The notes: generated by a model from the sequence alone, not told the origin. 49,305 nt of DNA from Thermoproteota archaeon (GCA_027491735.1 JAOZGP010000034.1:1-49305); one strand, 5' to 3'; shown: positions 29,848 to 40,279, numbered from the stretch's first letter. Translations and numbers: made by a program.

Positions 29848-29851
29848 CTTC

Positions 29852-30133
29852 CTAGTTAACCTGGTAAGCTTCAATGTATCTTCTTCCTTCCTCTTCGGCC
29901 TCCTTTCTGCTGCTATAGATGTACATGTATGCCTCTCCGTTCCCCTCTTCTATGACCACTATAACGGGAAGCTCCTTCCCATCTTTCTTGACTGTGCCAA
30001 CATAGATGACAAGGGGTGGGAGGAGATCTGCGTCGAAGATCCTTTTGTACTCAAACACCTTTAAATCGGAGTATCCCTCAGGTGGATTGGGAAAGTCCGA
30101 CCAACGGATCATCTTTGGCATAGGTGCCACCAT
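29852..30133 (-). CDS. Hypothetical protein
   Basis: 93-aa ORF with coding-like composition and a TATA-like TTAAAT upstream. Confidence 0.7.
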   Translation of the reverse strand: MVAPMPKMIRWSDFPNPPEGYSDLKVFEYKRIFDADLLPPLVIYVGTVKKDGKELPVIVVIEEGNGEAYMYIYSSRKEAEEEGRRYIEAYQVN

Positions 30134-30204
30134 TATCTACATATGAGATGACTAATTTAAGCAATTGTACGCGGACATCGTAGTCTAGTTATACGACCGT
30201 AAAA

Positions 30205-31398
30205 CTACATGAGCTCCACCGCCAAGGAGTGTGCACCTCCACCACCATGACATATAGTAGCAACTCCTACTGTTCCTCCTTTTGTTCTGAGGACGTTTAG
30301 AAGGGTAACCAGAATTCTGGCTCCACTGGCACCCAGAGGGTGACCTAGAGCAACCGCTCCGCCGAACACGTTCACCTTGTCAAGTGGTATGCTCAGCTCC
30401 TTTGTGATCACTAAGGTCGCCAGTGCGAAGGCCTCGTTATGTTCGAAAAAGTCCACCTCGTCCAGTTTCATCCCCGTCTTCTCCATTAGTCTTTTTACAG
30501 ATGGTATCGGAGCTTCTATGAAGTCTTTAGATTCAACCGTAGAGGAGTCATATCCCAGAATTCTGGCCAGTGGTTTCAAACCTCTTTCCCTGGCAAGCCT
30601 CCTGCTGGAGAGAACCAGAGCGGCCGCGCCATCGCTCAGCTGGGAGGCGTTGGCTGCAGTTATTATCCCATCCGGCCTGAACACTGGTCTCAATCTTGAG
30701 ATCTTCTCGATGCTAGTGTCAGGGCGGATGCCCTCGTCCTTGTCTACCGTCATCTCACCCTGCCTTGTCTTCAACCTGACCGGAACAATCTCTTTCAGAA
30801 AGTGACCATCTTCAGTCGCCTTAGCTGCCCTCACGTGACTCCGAACAGTAAACTGGTCTGCCTCTTCTCTAGTGATTCCATGTTTCTTAGCCGTCATTTC
30901 AGCCTCTTCTCCCATAAACATGCCATTGAATGGGTCTGTCAGCCCATCGTGGACCATTAGATCTACGATCTTCTCACCGGTGAAGGAAAACTTCACTCCC
31001 CACCTCCAGGCTGGTGTGATGAAATACGGGGCGTTGCTCATGCTCTCCATACCGCCGACCACAACCACCTCGTTTTCGTCCAGACATATCGAGGCAGCTC
31101 CCAAGGACACAGCCTTCAGGCTGGATGCACATACCTTGTTCACTGTGTAGCCCGGAACTTCCCATGGAATGCCTGCCTTGATGGCTGCTTGTCTGGCCGT
31201 GTTCATGCCGAGCCCTCCTTGAAGGACATGTCCCATTATGACCTCGCTCACATCTGAAGGAGATATGCCCGCCCTAGAGACGGCTTCCCTTATCGCCAAG
31301 GAGGCTAGGTCAACGGCGGATAGGTCTCTGAAGCATCCTCCAAACTTTCCTATGGGAGTTCTGACCGCGCTGAGTATCACCACATCCCTCAAATCCAT
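30205..31398 (-). CDS. Acetyl-CoA acetyltransferase (thiolase)
   Basis: RTPIG, NKVCAS, GGMESMS, NASQLSDGAA, NEAF, GHPLGASGAR, CHGGG. Confidence 0.95.
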   Translation of the reverse strand: MDLRDVVILSAVRTPIGKFGGCFRDLSAVDLASLAIREAVSRAGISPSDVSEVIMGHVLQGGLGMNTARQAAIKAGIPWEVPGYTVNKVCASSLKAVSLGAASICLDENEVVVVGGMESMSNAPYFITPAWRWGVKFSFTGEKIVDLMVHDGLTDPFNGMFMGEEAEMTAKKHGITREEADQFTVRSHVRAAKATEDGHFLKEIVPVRLKTRQGEMTVDKDEGIRPDTSIEKISRLRPVFRPDGIITAANASQLSDGAAALVLSSRRLARERGLKPLARILGYDSSTVESKDFIEAPIPSVKRLMEKTGMKLDEVDFFEHNEAFALATLVITKELSIPLDKVNVFGGAVALGHPLGASGARILVTLLNVLRTKGGTVGVATICHGGGGAHSLAVELM

Positions 31399-31399
31399 T

Positions 31400-32605
31400 C
31401 TACATCGCCTCGATTACACTCAGAAGACGGTTTACCTCCTCCTCCGTAGGATGAGTTGAGTAAATCGTTGAGAGGAGGTTTATAATGTTTGAAAGCGGTT
31501 TTCTCTCCACAGCGTCACCGATCCTCTGTAGGAACTTCACTTCCCTTCTCAGATCAGAGAGCCTCTCATCATACCTCGATAGAAACTCGCTTGAGGTATC
31601 TCCCTCCTTCATGGCCTCGTCAGCAACTTCGGCAGCTGCTTCACCGGATCTGATGGCTAAATCAACTCCTCTCATGTTCAGACCGTAGTTCACGCAGAGG
31701 CCTGCCGCATCCCCAACAAGGAGAAGACCATCCGCATAGGGCCTCCTCACCGGGTTTTCCGGTATAACATGAGCTGAATATTCGGCGAGATCTCCACCAT
31801 CTATGTATTCCTTAACCAGAGATTTCATCTCCTCGATAAGCTGATAGGTTGCCGTGTTCTCTGATGATCCGGTGAGGTCGTAGAGAGAGGACACTCTCAC
31901 GTTAAAACCGACCGATACATGCTCCCTCATCGTGTAGAGAAATCCTTCTCCTCTCAGTCCGCTGGGAAGCCATCCCATTAAGATCATGGCCACACCAGAG
32001 GAGCTGTCCACGCTGAACCTCTCGTTTATCTCTCTCTCCGAAAGTCTTATCACTTCCTTAACCCCTACAGAGAAGTTTTCTCTGTCGAGAGGCTCTATCA
32101 AGCCAGCTCTCCTAGCCAGTAAGCTGAGAACCCCGTCAGCCGCTATCACAATCTTGCTCTTTACCACGTCCTCCCCAGCTATTATTCCCTTGATCTTTCC
32201 ATTCTCAACTTTGAGGGAGTCCACTCTTATGCCGGTGATGACCATAGCTCCGATCTCTTCGACCCTATCAGCCATCCACCTGTCGAACTTGGATCTGAAC
32301 ACTGTGAAGCTTCTGCTTCTCTCTGGGATCTCCTCTCTCTCCAGTGAAATTATTGCCTTGCCCCTCTTGGAAATCACGCATAGCACCTCTCTCTTGACTT
32401 CTCTCTCCAGAGGAGCTTCATCTATATTAGGAAAGATCCTGCTGAGCTCATATGTGTGCAACCTCCCCCCGAACATGTTCTTGGATCCCGGCCTTTCTCC
32501 TCTCTCCACAACAAGCACACTATAACCTTTGTTAGCGAGGAGATATGCTGCTGTTAGGCCAGCCGGTCCCGCTCCGACCACGACCACATCAAACTCATCG
32601 CTCAT
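31400..32605 (-). CDS. fixC: FixC-like FAD-dependent ETF-quinone oxidoreductase
   Basis: GAGPAG, ERG-x2-PGSKNMFGG, ADGV, GVKE, EYSAHVIPE, GDAAG, RGVDLAI. Confidence 0.88.
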   Translation of the reverse strand: MSDEFDVVVVGAGPAGLTAAYLLANKGYSVLVVERGERPGSKNMFGGRLHTYELSRIFPNIDEAPLEREVKREVLCVISKRGKAIISLEREEIPERSRSFTVFRSKFDRWMADRVEEIGAMVITGIRVDSLKVENGKIKGIIAGEDVVKSKIVIAADGVLSLLARRAGLIEPLDRENFSVGVKEVIRLSEREINERFSVDSSSGVAMILMGWLPSGLRGEGFLYTMREHVSVGFNVRVSSLYDLTGSSENTATYQLIEEMKSLVKEYIDGGDLAEYSAHVIPENPVRRPYADGLLLVGDAAGLCVNYGLNMRGVDLAIRSGEAAAEVADEAMKEGDTSSEFLSRYDERLSDLRREVKFLQRIGDAVERKPLSNIINLLSTIYSTHPTEEEVNRLLSVIEAM

Positions 32606-33531
32606 CTTTTCCTCCTCCCTATCACAGATTTGAGAGCAGGTAAAAACTTGTACAAATCCTGAACCACACCGTAATCGGATGATCTAAATATGGGCGCATT
32701 TGGATCCGAGTTCACAGCCACTATGATCTTGGAATCAGTTATGCCGGCTATATGCTGCTGCTGGCCGGAGATCCCCACAGCTATATAGAGCTTCGGTTTT
32801 ATGGTGACTCCAGACATCCCTATCCATCTCTCCTCTGGCATCCATTTGAGATCAGCTGCCAGAGGCCTGCTTGATCCTACAGCTGCCCCTAGAAGCTCCG
32901 CCAGTTCGTAGGCAAGTTTTAGATCATCCTTCGACTTGAAGCCCCTTCCACAGCCTATCACTATGTCAGCCCTGTCCAATCTCACCCCTGATGCCTTCTT
33001 TCTTCTCCTCTCCACTATCCTGAGCCTGCTCACCGGGCTGAACTCTATCCTCCTTATATTTGGCTCCACCGGGTTTTCTTTTGCTGGCTCAAACTTCCTA
33101 GGTTTTATTCCCACCACGACAGGGAGGACCACCCTCTCCTCGACAACTGCCTTACCTCCCATGATGTGCCTCACGAGGATGAGCTCATCCCCCCTCCTCA
33201 TGAAGGAGATTACATCCATCACCGAGCCAGCTCTCATCCTCTGGGACACTCTCGCCGACACAGCCTTTCCTATCCTGTCAGACGAGGTGAGGACCATGCC
33301 ATATCCCCCGGAAAGACTGGAGATCAAAGATGTTAGAGAATCCTCGTCGGTGGGATCGACAGTATCGCAGATGAAGATGTTCTTAGCTCCCCTTTTAGCA
33401 ATCTCTTTAGATCTCTCATCGCAGTTATCCCCTGTTATCAGTATATCAGTACTTAGACCAGCTTGAACGGAGAAATTGAGGACCTCCAGAAGGAGATCAT
33501 CTGAGGACGCAAAAACCAGAGCTTTCATCAT
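32602..33531 (-). CDS. etfA: Electron transfer flavoprotein alpha subunit (copy 1)
   Basis: GCGRG, GSSRP, IGMSG, PKLYIAVGISGQQQH, NSDPNAPIF-x2-DYG. Confidence 0.93.
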   Translation of the reverse strand: MMKALVFASSDDLLLEVLNFSVQAGLSTDILITGDNCDERSKEIAKRGAKNIFICDTVDPTDEDSLTSLISSLSGGYGMVLTSSDRIGKAVSARVSQRMRAGSVMDVISFMRRGDELILVRHIMGGKAVVEERVVLPVVVGIKPRKFEPAKENPVEPNIRRIEFSPVSRLRIVERRRKKASGVRLDRADIVIGCGRGFKSKDDLKLAYELAELLGAAVGSSRPLAADLKWMPEERWIGMSGVTIKPKLYIAVGISGQQQHIAGITDSKIIVAVNSDPNAPIFRSSDYGVVQDLYKFLPALKSVIGRRKR

Positions 33532-33542
33532 GATCACCTTCC

Positions 33543-34340
33543 TTAGAGCTCGAGGGCCCCTTCCTTCACCAACGCCTCTATGAGCTTCTCAGCCAACTCC
33601 TGCGGATCATCTCCCTCGAACACAACATTCTTGCGGATCATGTGATAGGGCTTCAGACTCAGCACCTCCACCTTGGGCTCTACCTGGACTCCGAGATCCT
33701 CCAACTTGACCTCCTTTACGGGAAGCTTGGAGGCCTTTAGTATTTGCATCAAGGAGGGCATCCTAGGCTTGGCCGCCTCCTGTGTGACCGAGATTACCAG
33801 AGGGAAATTCACTTCTACGATCTCCTCGTATCGTTCCATGGATCTAACGAGTCTCATTCCGTTTTCTTTGACCTCCAAAGAGGTCACGTACCCCACAAAG
33901 GGGTAACCAAGCTCCTCAGCTACTCTAGGAGGGACTTGGCCGGAGAAGCCGTCTATGCTCCCCTCTCCTGCCACGACCACATCGTACTTGTCAAAGGTCA
34001 GGACCTTGGCTATCGCTCTGGAGACCGTCAGGGTGTCGGCCTTGAACAGGGCCTCGTCTATCACCACATAAGCCTCGTCTCCACCCATAGCTAGAAGCTC
34101 TTTTGTGATCTTCTGCATCTCCTTTCTGCGCATCTGAATCGGGCCCCAGGTCAAGGCCATGATCAGAACAACCTTGCCCCCCATCCTCTCCTTTATCTGT
34201 ACTCCGACCTCCATTGCCCTCTTGTCCACACTGCTGACGACTAGAGGAGCCTCGCCCACCTTGACCTCGTTCGAGGAGAGATCTACCCTCAAATCCGCAG
34301 TGTCTATAGAAGGTTTTACCAGTACAGCGACGTTGATCAT
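33543..34340 (-). CDS. etfB: Electron transfer flavoprotein beta subunit (copy 1)
   Basis: VLVKP, DKRAMEVG, LAMGGDEA, DTLTVS, GEGSIDGFSGQV, PRMPS. Confidence 0.92.
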   Translation of the reverse strand: MINVAVLVKPSIDTADLRVDLSSNEVKVGEAPLVVSSVDKRAMEVGVQIKERMGGKVVLIMALTWGPIQMRRKEMQKITKELLAMGGDEAYVVIDEALFKADTLTVSRAIAKVLTFDKYDVVVAGEGSIDGFSGQVPPRVAEELGYPFVGYVTSLEVKENGMRLVRSMERYEEIVEVNFPLVISVTQEAAKPRMPSLMQILKASKLPVKEVKLEDLGVQVEPKVEVLSLKPYHMIRKNVVFEGDDPQELAEKLIEALVKEGALEL

Positions 34341-34407
34341 GAAGATCCCAGGCTTTTTGAGAGCGAATTATTGAAAAATTTTTTATCCAACAGCCAAGTT
34401 GTGTCTT

Positions 34408-34704
34408 ATGTCGTCCAAATCCATCAACGTTGATCAGAAACTCGCTGTAAACAGGTTCTTAGTTGATGAGAGTTACAGACACATAAAGATAAGGGACCAA
34501 GAGGCCTGCAAGAATTGCGAAACTAGACCCTGCACTGTAGCATGTCCGGCCAAGCTTTACGAGTGGAACGAAGAGACCAAGGAGATGATGTACAATTATG
34601 AAGGATGCCTCGAGTGCGGAACCTGTCTCCTAATATGCCCACACGATAACCTGGATTGGAACTATCCAAGAGGTGGTTTCGGCGTGCAGTACCGGCTGGG
34701 ATGA
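34408..34704 (+). CDS. fixX: FixX-like ferredoxin
   Basis: HIKI, C-x2-C-x4-C-x3-CPA, GCLECGTC-x3-CP, WNYPRGGFGV. Confidence 0.92.
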   Translation: MSSKSINVDQKLAVNRFLVDESYRHIKIRDQEACKNCETRPCTVACPAKLYEWNEETKEMMYNYEGCLECGTCLLICPHDNLDWNYPRGGFGVQYRLG

Positions 34705-34746
34705 AACCTATTTAAGAGTTTGAGTGAGAGAGGGTGTGGTGTTCAC

Positions 34747-35946
34747 ATGGTGGATTTCGGTTTTTCGGACGAGGAAGAGATCCTCAGGAGCAATGTTCGC
34801 GAGCTCCTTGCTGAGATTTTGGCTCCTAGATCTGAGGAGATAGACAGAAATTGTAAGATTCCTCAAGACATCATTCAGGCCTTCGCCGAGAACCAGCTCC
34901 TCCTGATAAACATAAAGCCGGAGTTTGGGGGTAGTGATGCGTCTCACGTCATGACGACAATAGTCGTGGAGGAGCTCGCTAGGGCGGATCCCAGCGTGGC
35001 CACTGCTGTGTTCTACCTGGTGGAGGCTGCCTGGGGCAAGATACTTGAGAAATATGGCAATCCGGACGTAGCTAAGGAGGTCCTATCCAGAGCGACTAGA
35101 GGAGAGGGATTCGTTGGAATAGCCTCCACCGAGCCACAGAGTGGAAGCGATGTAGCCGGGTTTAAGACCACAGCCAGAAGAGATGGGGATCGCTGGGTGA
35201 TAAATGGAGAGAAGGCTTACATAAGCGGGATAAAGGAAGCGAAGGAGATGGACGGTGGCTACGTTCTTCTAACGATGACCAAGCCCAAGGAAAGATCCAG
35301 AGGAATGACACTATTTTACCTACCGATAAACTCTGAGGGTATATCTTACGGGTTCTACGATAACATGGGCAGATGTGGAATCAGTACGGGATGGCTCAAG
35401 CTTCAAGATGTCAGGCTTCCAGATGAGTGTAGGATAGGAGAGGTCAACAAAGGCTTCAAGGTGGCTATGGAGGGTTTCGATCGTGCAAGGGTTCTCGTGG
35501 CTGCTGGATGTATAGGTCCACCCCTGGGTCTCCTGGACTATGTTGTGGAGTACCTTAAGAGCAGAATGGTCTTCGGGAGGCCTCTTGCTAAGTTCGAGGG
35601 ACTACAGTTTCCGTTAGTGGATTACTGGTCCAAGCTGGAGGCCGTCAGGTTGATGATCTACAAGGCCGCCTGGGCCATCGACAAGTTTGATGTCGGTGAG
35701 ATGACGCTCAGAGAAGCCGCTAGATACGCAACCATGGCTAAGCTGCTGGCTCCTGAGACCGCAACCTACTCCTTGGCTGAGTTCATGAAGTCACTAGGTG
35801 CGTTTGGTTACTCGAAGGAGGCTCCGCTTGAGAGAGCCCTCAGAGGTGTCATGAGCTACTTTGTTGGTGCTGAGGGCGGACAGCATATAATGAGGATAAT
35901 TTTAGTGAGTGATCTCTTTGGAAAGGACTTCGTGGCCTACAGGTGA
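34747..35946 (+). CDS. Acyl-CoA dehydrogenase
   Basis: EFGG, EELAR, TEPQSGSD, INGEKAYIS, RMVFGRPLAKFEGLQF, GAFGY, GAEG. Confidence 0.95.
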   Translation: MVDFGFSDEEEILRSNVRELLAEILAPRSEEIDRNCKIPQDIIQAFAENQLLLINIKPEFGGSDASHVMTTIVVEELARADPSVATAVFYLVEAAWGKILEKYGNPDVAKEVLSRATRGEGFVGIASTEPQSGSDVAGFKTTARRDGDRWVINGEKAYISGIKEAKEMDGGYVLLTMTKPKERSRGMTLFYLPINSEGISYGFYDNMGRCGISTGWLKLQDVRLPDECRIGEVNKGFKVAMEGFDRARVLVAAGCIGPPLGLLDYVVEYLKSRMVFGRPLAKFEGLQFPLVDYWSKLEAVRLMIYKAAWAIDKFDVGEMTLREAARYATMAKLLAPETATYSLAEFMKSLGAFGYSKEAPLERALRGVMSYFVGAEGGQHIMRIILVSDLFGKDFVAYR

Positions 35947-36975
35947 GTTTTTTCTCTTTTTTATCTCCTCTATGAGCAGGGGAACAAATCTCTTGTAGTC
36001 GCAGACCACTCCATAGTCAGAGTTCTGAAATATTGGTGCTTCAGGATCCCTGTTCACAGCCACGACGCATCGCGCCTCCCTTATGCCGAACACGTGTTGA
36101 GCAGCACCACTTATTCCCACAGCTATATAGAGGTTAGGCTTAACGCTTCTTCCGGTCTGTCCGACCTGTCTCTCTTGAGAGATCCAACCAGCCTCCACAG
36201 CTTTACGGGAACCAGCCACTACCCCTCCTAACAGATCTGCGAGTTCCTTAATCAATTTGAATCCCCCAGCGGATCCGAGTCCTCTTCCTCCGGATACTAT
36301 CACATCAGCCTTTTCCAAGGGGGTTTCTTCTCTCCTTATGAGTTCACTCTCCAGCAGCTCCATACCAGGACTGGGAAGCTCTAAGTCTGGAGGGACTTTT
36401 ATTATTTCGCCTCTCCGGTTCTCATCCCTCTTGGGCAGATCGAATACATTAGGTCTGACTGTAGCTATTTGAGGCCTTCTGTTGGGAGTTCTTATGTGAG
36501 CCAGCATCCACGCACCGAACGGGGGCCTTATCTGTATAACGTCCCCAGTCTCCTGGTCCACGTCGAGCGAGGTGCAATCTGCTGTTATACCAGTTCTCAG
36601 ACAGTTAGCAACATAAGGGGCGAGCTCTCTGCCCTTCATGGTTCCTGATATCAGGAGAAGCTCCGGTTTAAATCTCCTCACAAGATTTACCAAAACCGCT
36701 CCGTGAACTGAAGGGTAGTAGGGCAATAGCCTGTCATCCTCAAAAACCAGCACCTTATCAGCACCATAGTATATAGGCTCCTCGAGGAGATCTGAAACCT
36801 TCGAACCGATTAACACCCCCGCCAGGTAGGTCTTCAACTTATCCGCCAGTTTCCTGCCTATGCTCAACAGCTGAAGGCTGGCCTCTCTTATTCCTTGCCT
36901 GTCCAATTCCATGTGGACCCATACACCTTGATACTCAGATTTGTTGATTGGATTCCACTCGTTGCAGATCTCCAT
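35902..36975 (-). CDS. etfA: Electron transfer flavoprotein alpha subunit (copy 2)
   Basis: GRELAP, TGITADCT, RPPFG, RPQIATVRP, QVGQTG, GISGAAQH. Confidence 0.93.
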   Translation of the reverse strand: MEICNEWNPINKSEYQGVWVHMELDRQGIREASLQLLSIGRKLADKLKTYLAGVLIGSKVSDLLEEPIYYGADKVLVFEDDRLLPYYPSVHGAVLVNLVRRFKPELLLISGTMKGRELAPYVANCLRTGITADCTSLDVDQETGDVIQIRPPFGAWMLAHIRTPNRRPQIATVRPNVFDLPKRDENRRGEIIKVPPDLELPSPGMELLESELIRREETPLEKADVIVSGGRGLGSAGGFKLIKELADLLGGVVAGSRKAVEAGWISQERQVGQTGRSVKPNLYIAVGISGAAQHVFGIREARCVVAVNRDPEAPIFQNSDYGVVCDYKRFVPLLIEEIKKRKNSPVGHEVLSKEITH

Positions 36976-36989
36976 CGGAACACCACCTT

Positions 36990-37778
36990 CTATATTAGAC
37001 CTTCTTCTTCGAGTCTATCAACCAGCCATTTGGCTGCCTCATCAGGACATCCTCTGAAGATCTTCCTCTTCCTCGGAACTGTTGGGACTATATCTATCCT
37101 TGACACCCTAGTAGGGGATCCCCTGAGACCAACGCAGCTGATGTCTAGCCCCAGATCCTCATTTGACATAATGGAAATCACTCCCTTCCTCCTAGCTTTT
37201 ATCTTATTGGCAAGCTTCACCTCCCTAGGAGCGTTGGATTTCATGGCCACGGATATCGCTGCGGGCATCCCTATTCTATACCTCTCCCGGACGTCTTCCA
37301 AGATCCTGGTGACGATCAGATGATCTCCCTGAACCACCACGTCGGTGACGTAGTAGAGAAAGGGTATGCCAAGCCAGGAGGCCACCTGAGCCCCTATGTG
37401 CCCGGTGGAGCTGTCGGTGGTCTCCTGACCGAAGAGCAACAAATCATACCTCTGTCGCTCTATGAACTTGGCGAGTGTGTATGAAGTGGCGAGTGTGTCT
37501 GCCCCGGCAAACACCTTGTCGCTCAGGAGAAAACCTCGATCCACCCCCATCCCTACTGCATACTCCAATCCAGCTCTGGCAGATGGCGGTCCCATGGAGA
37601 TAGCTGTCACGTCAGCACCATGTTCGTCTTTTATCCTGAGAGCCAATTCTAAGGCGTTCAGATCAGGGGGATTGACAATCCCAGGCATTCCCTCTCGTAC
37701 CAGTGTGCCTGTCCTCCTGTCAATGGGGACAGATTGAGTGCTAGGGACCCATTTTATGCAGACGATTAAATGCAGCAC
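36990..37778 (-). CDS. etfB: Electron transfer flavoprotein beta subunit (copy 2, bifurcating-type motifs)
   Basis: CIKWVP, GTLVREG, NPPD, FAGADTLATSY, GLRGSPTRV. Confidence 0.93.
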   Translation of the reverse strand: MLHLIVCIKWVPSTQSVPIDRRTGTLVREGMPGIVNPPDLNALELALRIKDEHGADVTAISMGPPSARAGLEYAVGMGVDRGFLLSDKVFAGADTLATSYTLAKFIERQRYDLLLFGQETTDSSTGHIGAQVASWLGIPFLYYVTDVVVQGDHLIVTRILEDVRERYRIGMPAAISVAMKSNAPREVKLANKIKARRKGVISIMSNEDLGLDISCVGLRGSPTRVSRIDIVPTVPRKRKIFRGCPDEAAKWLVDRLEEEGLI

Positions 37779-37779
37779 T

Positions 37780-38199
37780 TCAACTCTCCTCCAGCTCGTC
37801 CAAGCCCAGGAACCTTTTTATCACCTGATAGTAGTTCTCCTTGCTTCCCCATCTTTCAAGGAACGCCTGCACTATATCGTACCCAACTTTCTCCTTGAAC
37901 TCCTCTCTGGCCTCGGGCGTCATATCGAAGGGAGTCCAAGGAGGAAAATCAATCACCTCCACGACGACGTCATTGAACTCTGGAAGAGCTTTCATAGCAG
38001 CCTTCCTTATCAGCTCGATTATGTAAGCCTGATATGGACATCCAGGGGCTGTCATGACTATTTTTATCACCAACCTATCCCCATCAACCTTGAGCTTCCT
38101 TATTAGACCCAGATCCACTATGTTTATTGGAATCTCAGGATCATAGACTTTTTTTAGGGCCTGAACGACTTTTTCCCTTTCTTCAGGTGTCATGAGCAT
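37780..38199 (-). CDS. DUF59/MIP18 (SufT/PaaD-like) Fe-S maturation protein
   Basis: VYDPEIPINIVDLGLI, TAPGCP, PPWTP. Confidence 0.92.
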   Translation of the reverse strand: MLMTPEEREKVVQALKKVYDPEIPINIVDLGLIRKLKVDGDRLVIKIVMTAPGCPYQAYIIELIRKAAMKALPEFNDVVVEVIDFPPWTPFDMTPEAREEFKEKVGYDIVQAFLERWGSKENYYQVIKRFLGLDELEES

Positions 38200-38278
38200 C
38201 CACTGATATCGGTTAGGAAGAATTAAAGAGTTTTCCTGTGATCTGCTGAGAAGTCACTTAAAAATTGAACGCAGTTAG

Positions 38279-40234
38279 TTAGCTCCTTCTAGCCCTAGCC
38301 ACGAGGATTCCTATCATCAGCCCGATCGAGAACGCGAGTAACAGCAGAAACATATCCCTGGGGATGAACCTGGTTATAAGAGGAACAGCTGGTTGACTGG
38401 GCTGTGGATTCGGTTGGGAGTGAGGATTGGATGTACCATTGGATGAGACATTGCCCTTTATCGGAGGGGTCCTTGGAGGGAGAGACTTCCAAGCCCTGTG
38501 AATTACATCCAGAACCATGGCGTTCGTAGCGGCGTCCTCATAGAGGCTTATGGCGTCTAGAGTGCTGGACGTCTCATACCTATGAGCAAACTCGTAATAG
38601 CTTATCGCGAGCATAGGCTCAAGACCGTCCTTGAGGACCATCGATATTGCTCTGTTAGCGCTCTTCCTCACGGAGACAAGAACCGTCTGATCGTTTGTTG
38701 CGAAAGCTGCGTGAATGGCCACAGTTCCATCTGATATGGCCTCCACAGCAAAACCTATCGCTGCCAAGTAGTTTCCAGAGGAGATAGCCCCTCTAGCATT
38801 TGAAATTGCCTCGCTACATTTGCTCAAAAACCCGCCCTGAAGTCCCAAATCGTTGTACAGGCTCTCCGCATATCCATAAGTCGTGTCGGCTCCGTAGAGG
38901 AAGTAGCTCGCCAGCGACCTCAAAACGACTGGATTCATCTCTTGGTCACCTTCTGGTTTGTAAAGGCTGAGCCACGTACTAGCCGTTTTTATTCTCCACT
39001 TGACATAGGAGATCTCATGTACAGCGCCCCACTCTCCGGAACTGTCAAAATACATGCCCTGTTCGGCTTTACTGAGTGCATCGTCCAGAGCTTCCTTGGC
39101 TTTGTAGTACCGCATCCAGGCCCCGATTAGAGCATCTGATCTCTTTGAAGTTGTTATCCTCACACTCTCAAGTCTGTTTTGTAGGTCGTTCAATGATTTC
39201 TCCAGCTCTTTCACAACTGAGGTGAAGTGATTCTTGTCCTTCAGATACATTGTCAAGTCATATGCATACTGGGCCTCCACGATAGCCTGAAAAGCCAAAC
39301 TAGCCGCTGAGTAGTACTCCCCCCCGCTCAGACATGACCTCGAATCTGAGAGAAGGAACTCTGCATGAGATAGGACCTCCTCTACGTATTTTTTTGCATC
39401 GGCTGATAGACCTTCGTAAGATGATCTAGTCCTCTTGGAGAGCTCTTCAACTTTTCCCTCGTAGAAATAAGTCCAGGACTCTATCGCCTTCTTCGCCTGA
39501 CTGCTGAGCTCTACCCTTGGTAGGGGAGCGATGCTCTTCAGCTCAACGCCGGTGAAGTACTTGAAGGCCTCCGTTATGTCGGAGACTTCCACCACTCTCA
39601 CCCCTAGCTTCTCACCCAGCTTCACCAGGTCGACCTCCTTCTTCTGAGCGGTCACCATGTGAAATATTCCAACTGTGACCGTCTTCTGGACCACTTCAGT
39701 GACTATTCTTTGGCCAGCTGGTATGAGGAATACTTTCGCTCCTCCTTTAGCGGCAGCTCTCAGCTTATCAGGTATCCCACCCACCGGTCCTATCGTTCCA
39801 TCCGGATTTATCATGCCGGTCATTATAACATCCTTCTTCGGCTTCACTCCCTCCAGAGCAGCTAGCGTGGCCACAGTCATAGCGGCTCCAGCGCTAGGAC
39901 CTCCTATAACAGAGCTTTCTGACGATATGTGGTAGTAGAAGTTGTAATCCCTGAAGCTCAGACCGAGGAGGTAGCACGCCACAAAGGCCGCTGTTCTAGC
40001 CGAACCCTGAGTGTCCAGCTGGGTCAGCGGATCGGCTGAGAAGTACACCACCCCACTGCCCGGAGTGATCTTCACCGTCAGGTTGCTCAAGACGCCTATC
40101 GTGCTGCCGTTGGGTAGCTGAGCCACCGCTGGGATTCTCAGCTCCACCTCGCTGAATGTAGGGGTTGCATTGACGCCCATCACAGAGACCAAGAGCATTA
40201 GTGCCAGTAAGAACGAGATCGCTCCCTTTCTCAT
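38279..40234 (-). CDS. Membrane-anchored archaeal S16 (Lon_C) serine protease lacking an AAA domain
   Basis: Signal peptide from ATG 40234; GGPSAG (Ser), TGMINPDGTIGPVGGIPDK (Lys), FLIPAGQ; helical region and C-terminal TM. Confidence 0.88.
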   Translation of the reverse strand: MRKGAISFLLALMLLVSVMGVNATPTFSEVELRIPAVAQLPNGSTIGVLSNLTVKITPGSGVVYFSADPLTQLDTQGSARTAAFVACYLLGLSFRDYNFYYHISSESSVIGGPSAGAAMTVATLAALEGVKPKKDVIMTGMINPDGTIGPVGGIPDKLRAAAKGGAKVFLIPAGQRIVTEVVQKTVTVGIFHMVTAQKKEVDLVKLGEKLGVRVVEVSDITEAFKYFTGVELKSIAPLPRVELSSQAKKAIESWTYFYEGKVEELSKRTRSSYEGLSADAKKYVEEVLSHAEFLLSDSRSCLSGGEYYSAASLAFQAIVEAQYAYDLTMYLKDKNHFTSVVKELEKSLNDLQNRLESVRITTSKRSDALIGAWMRYYKAKEALDDALSKAEQGMYFDSSGEWGAVHEISYVKWRIKTASTWLSLYKPEGDQEMNPVVLRSLASYFLYGADTTYGYAESLYNDLGLQGGFLSKCSEAISNARGAISSGNYLAAIGFAVEAISDGTVAIHAAFATNDQTVLVSVRKSANRAISMVLKDGLEPMLAISYYEFAHRYETSSTLDAISLYEDAATNAMVLDVIHRAWKSLPPRTPPIKGNVSSNGTSNPHSQPNPQPSQPAVPLITRFIPRDMFLLLLAFSIGLMIGILVARARRS

Positions 40235-40279
40235 TTTGTCCTCCTGATGTGAGTTCATTTTATGAATAAAAGCTTTCCG

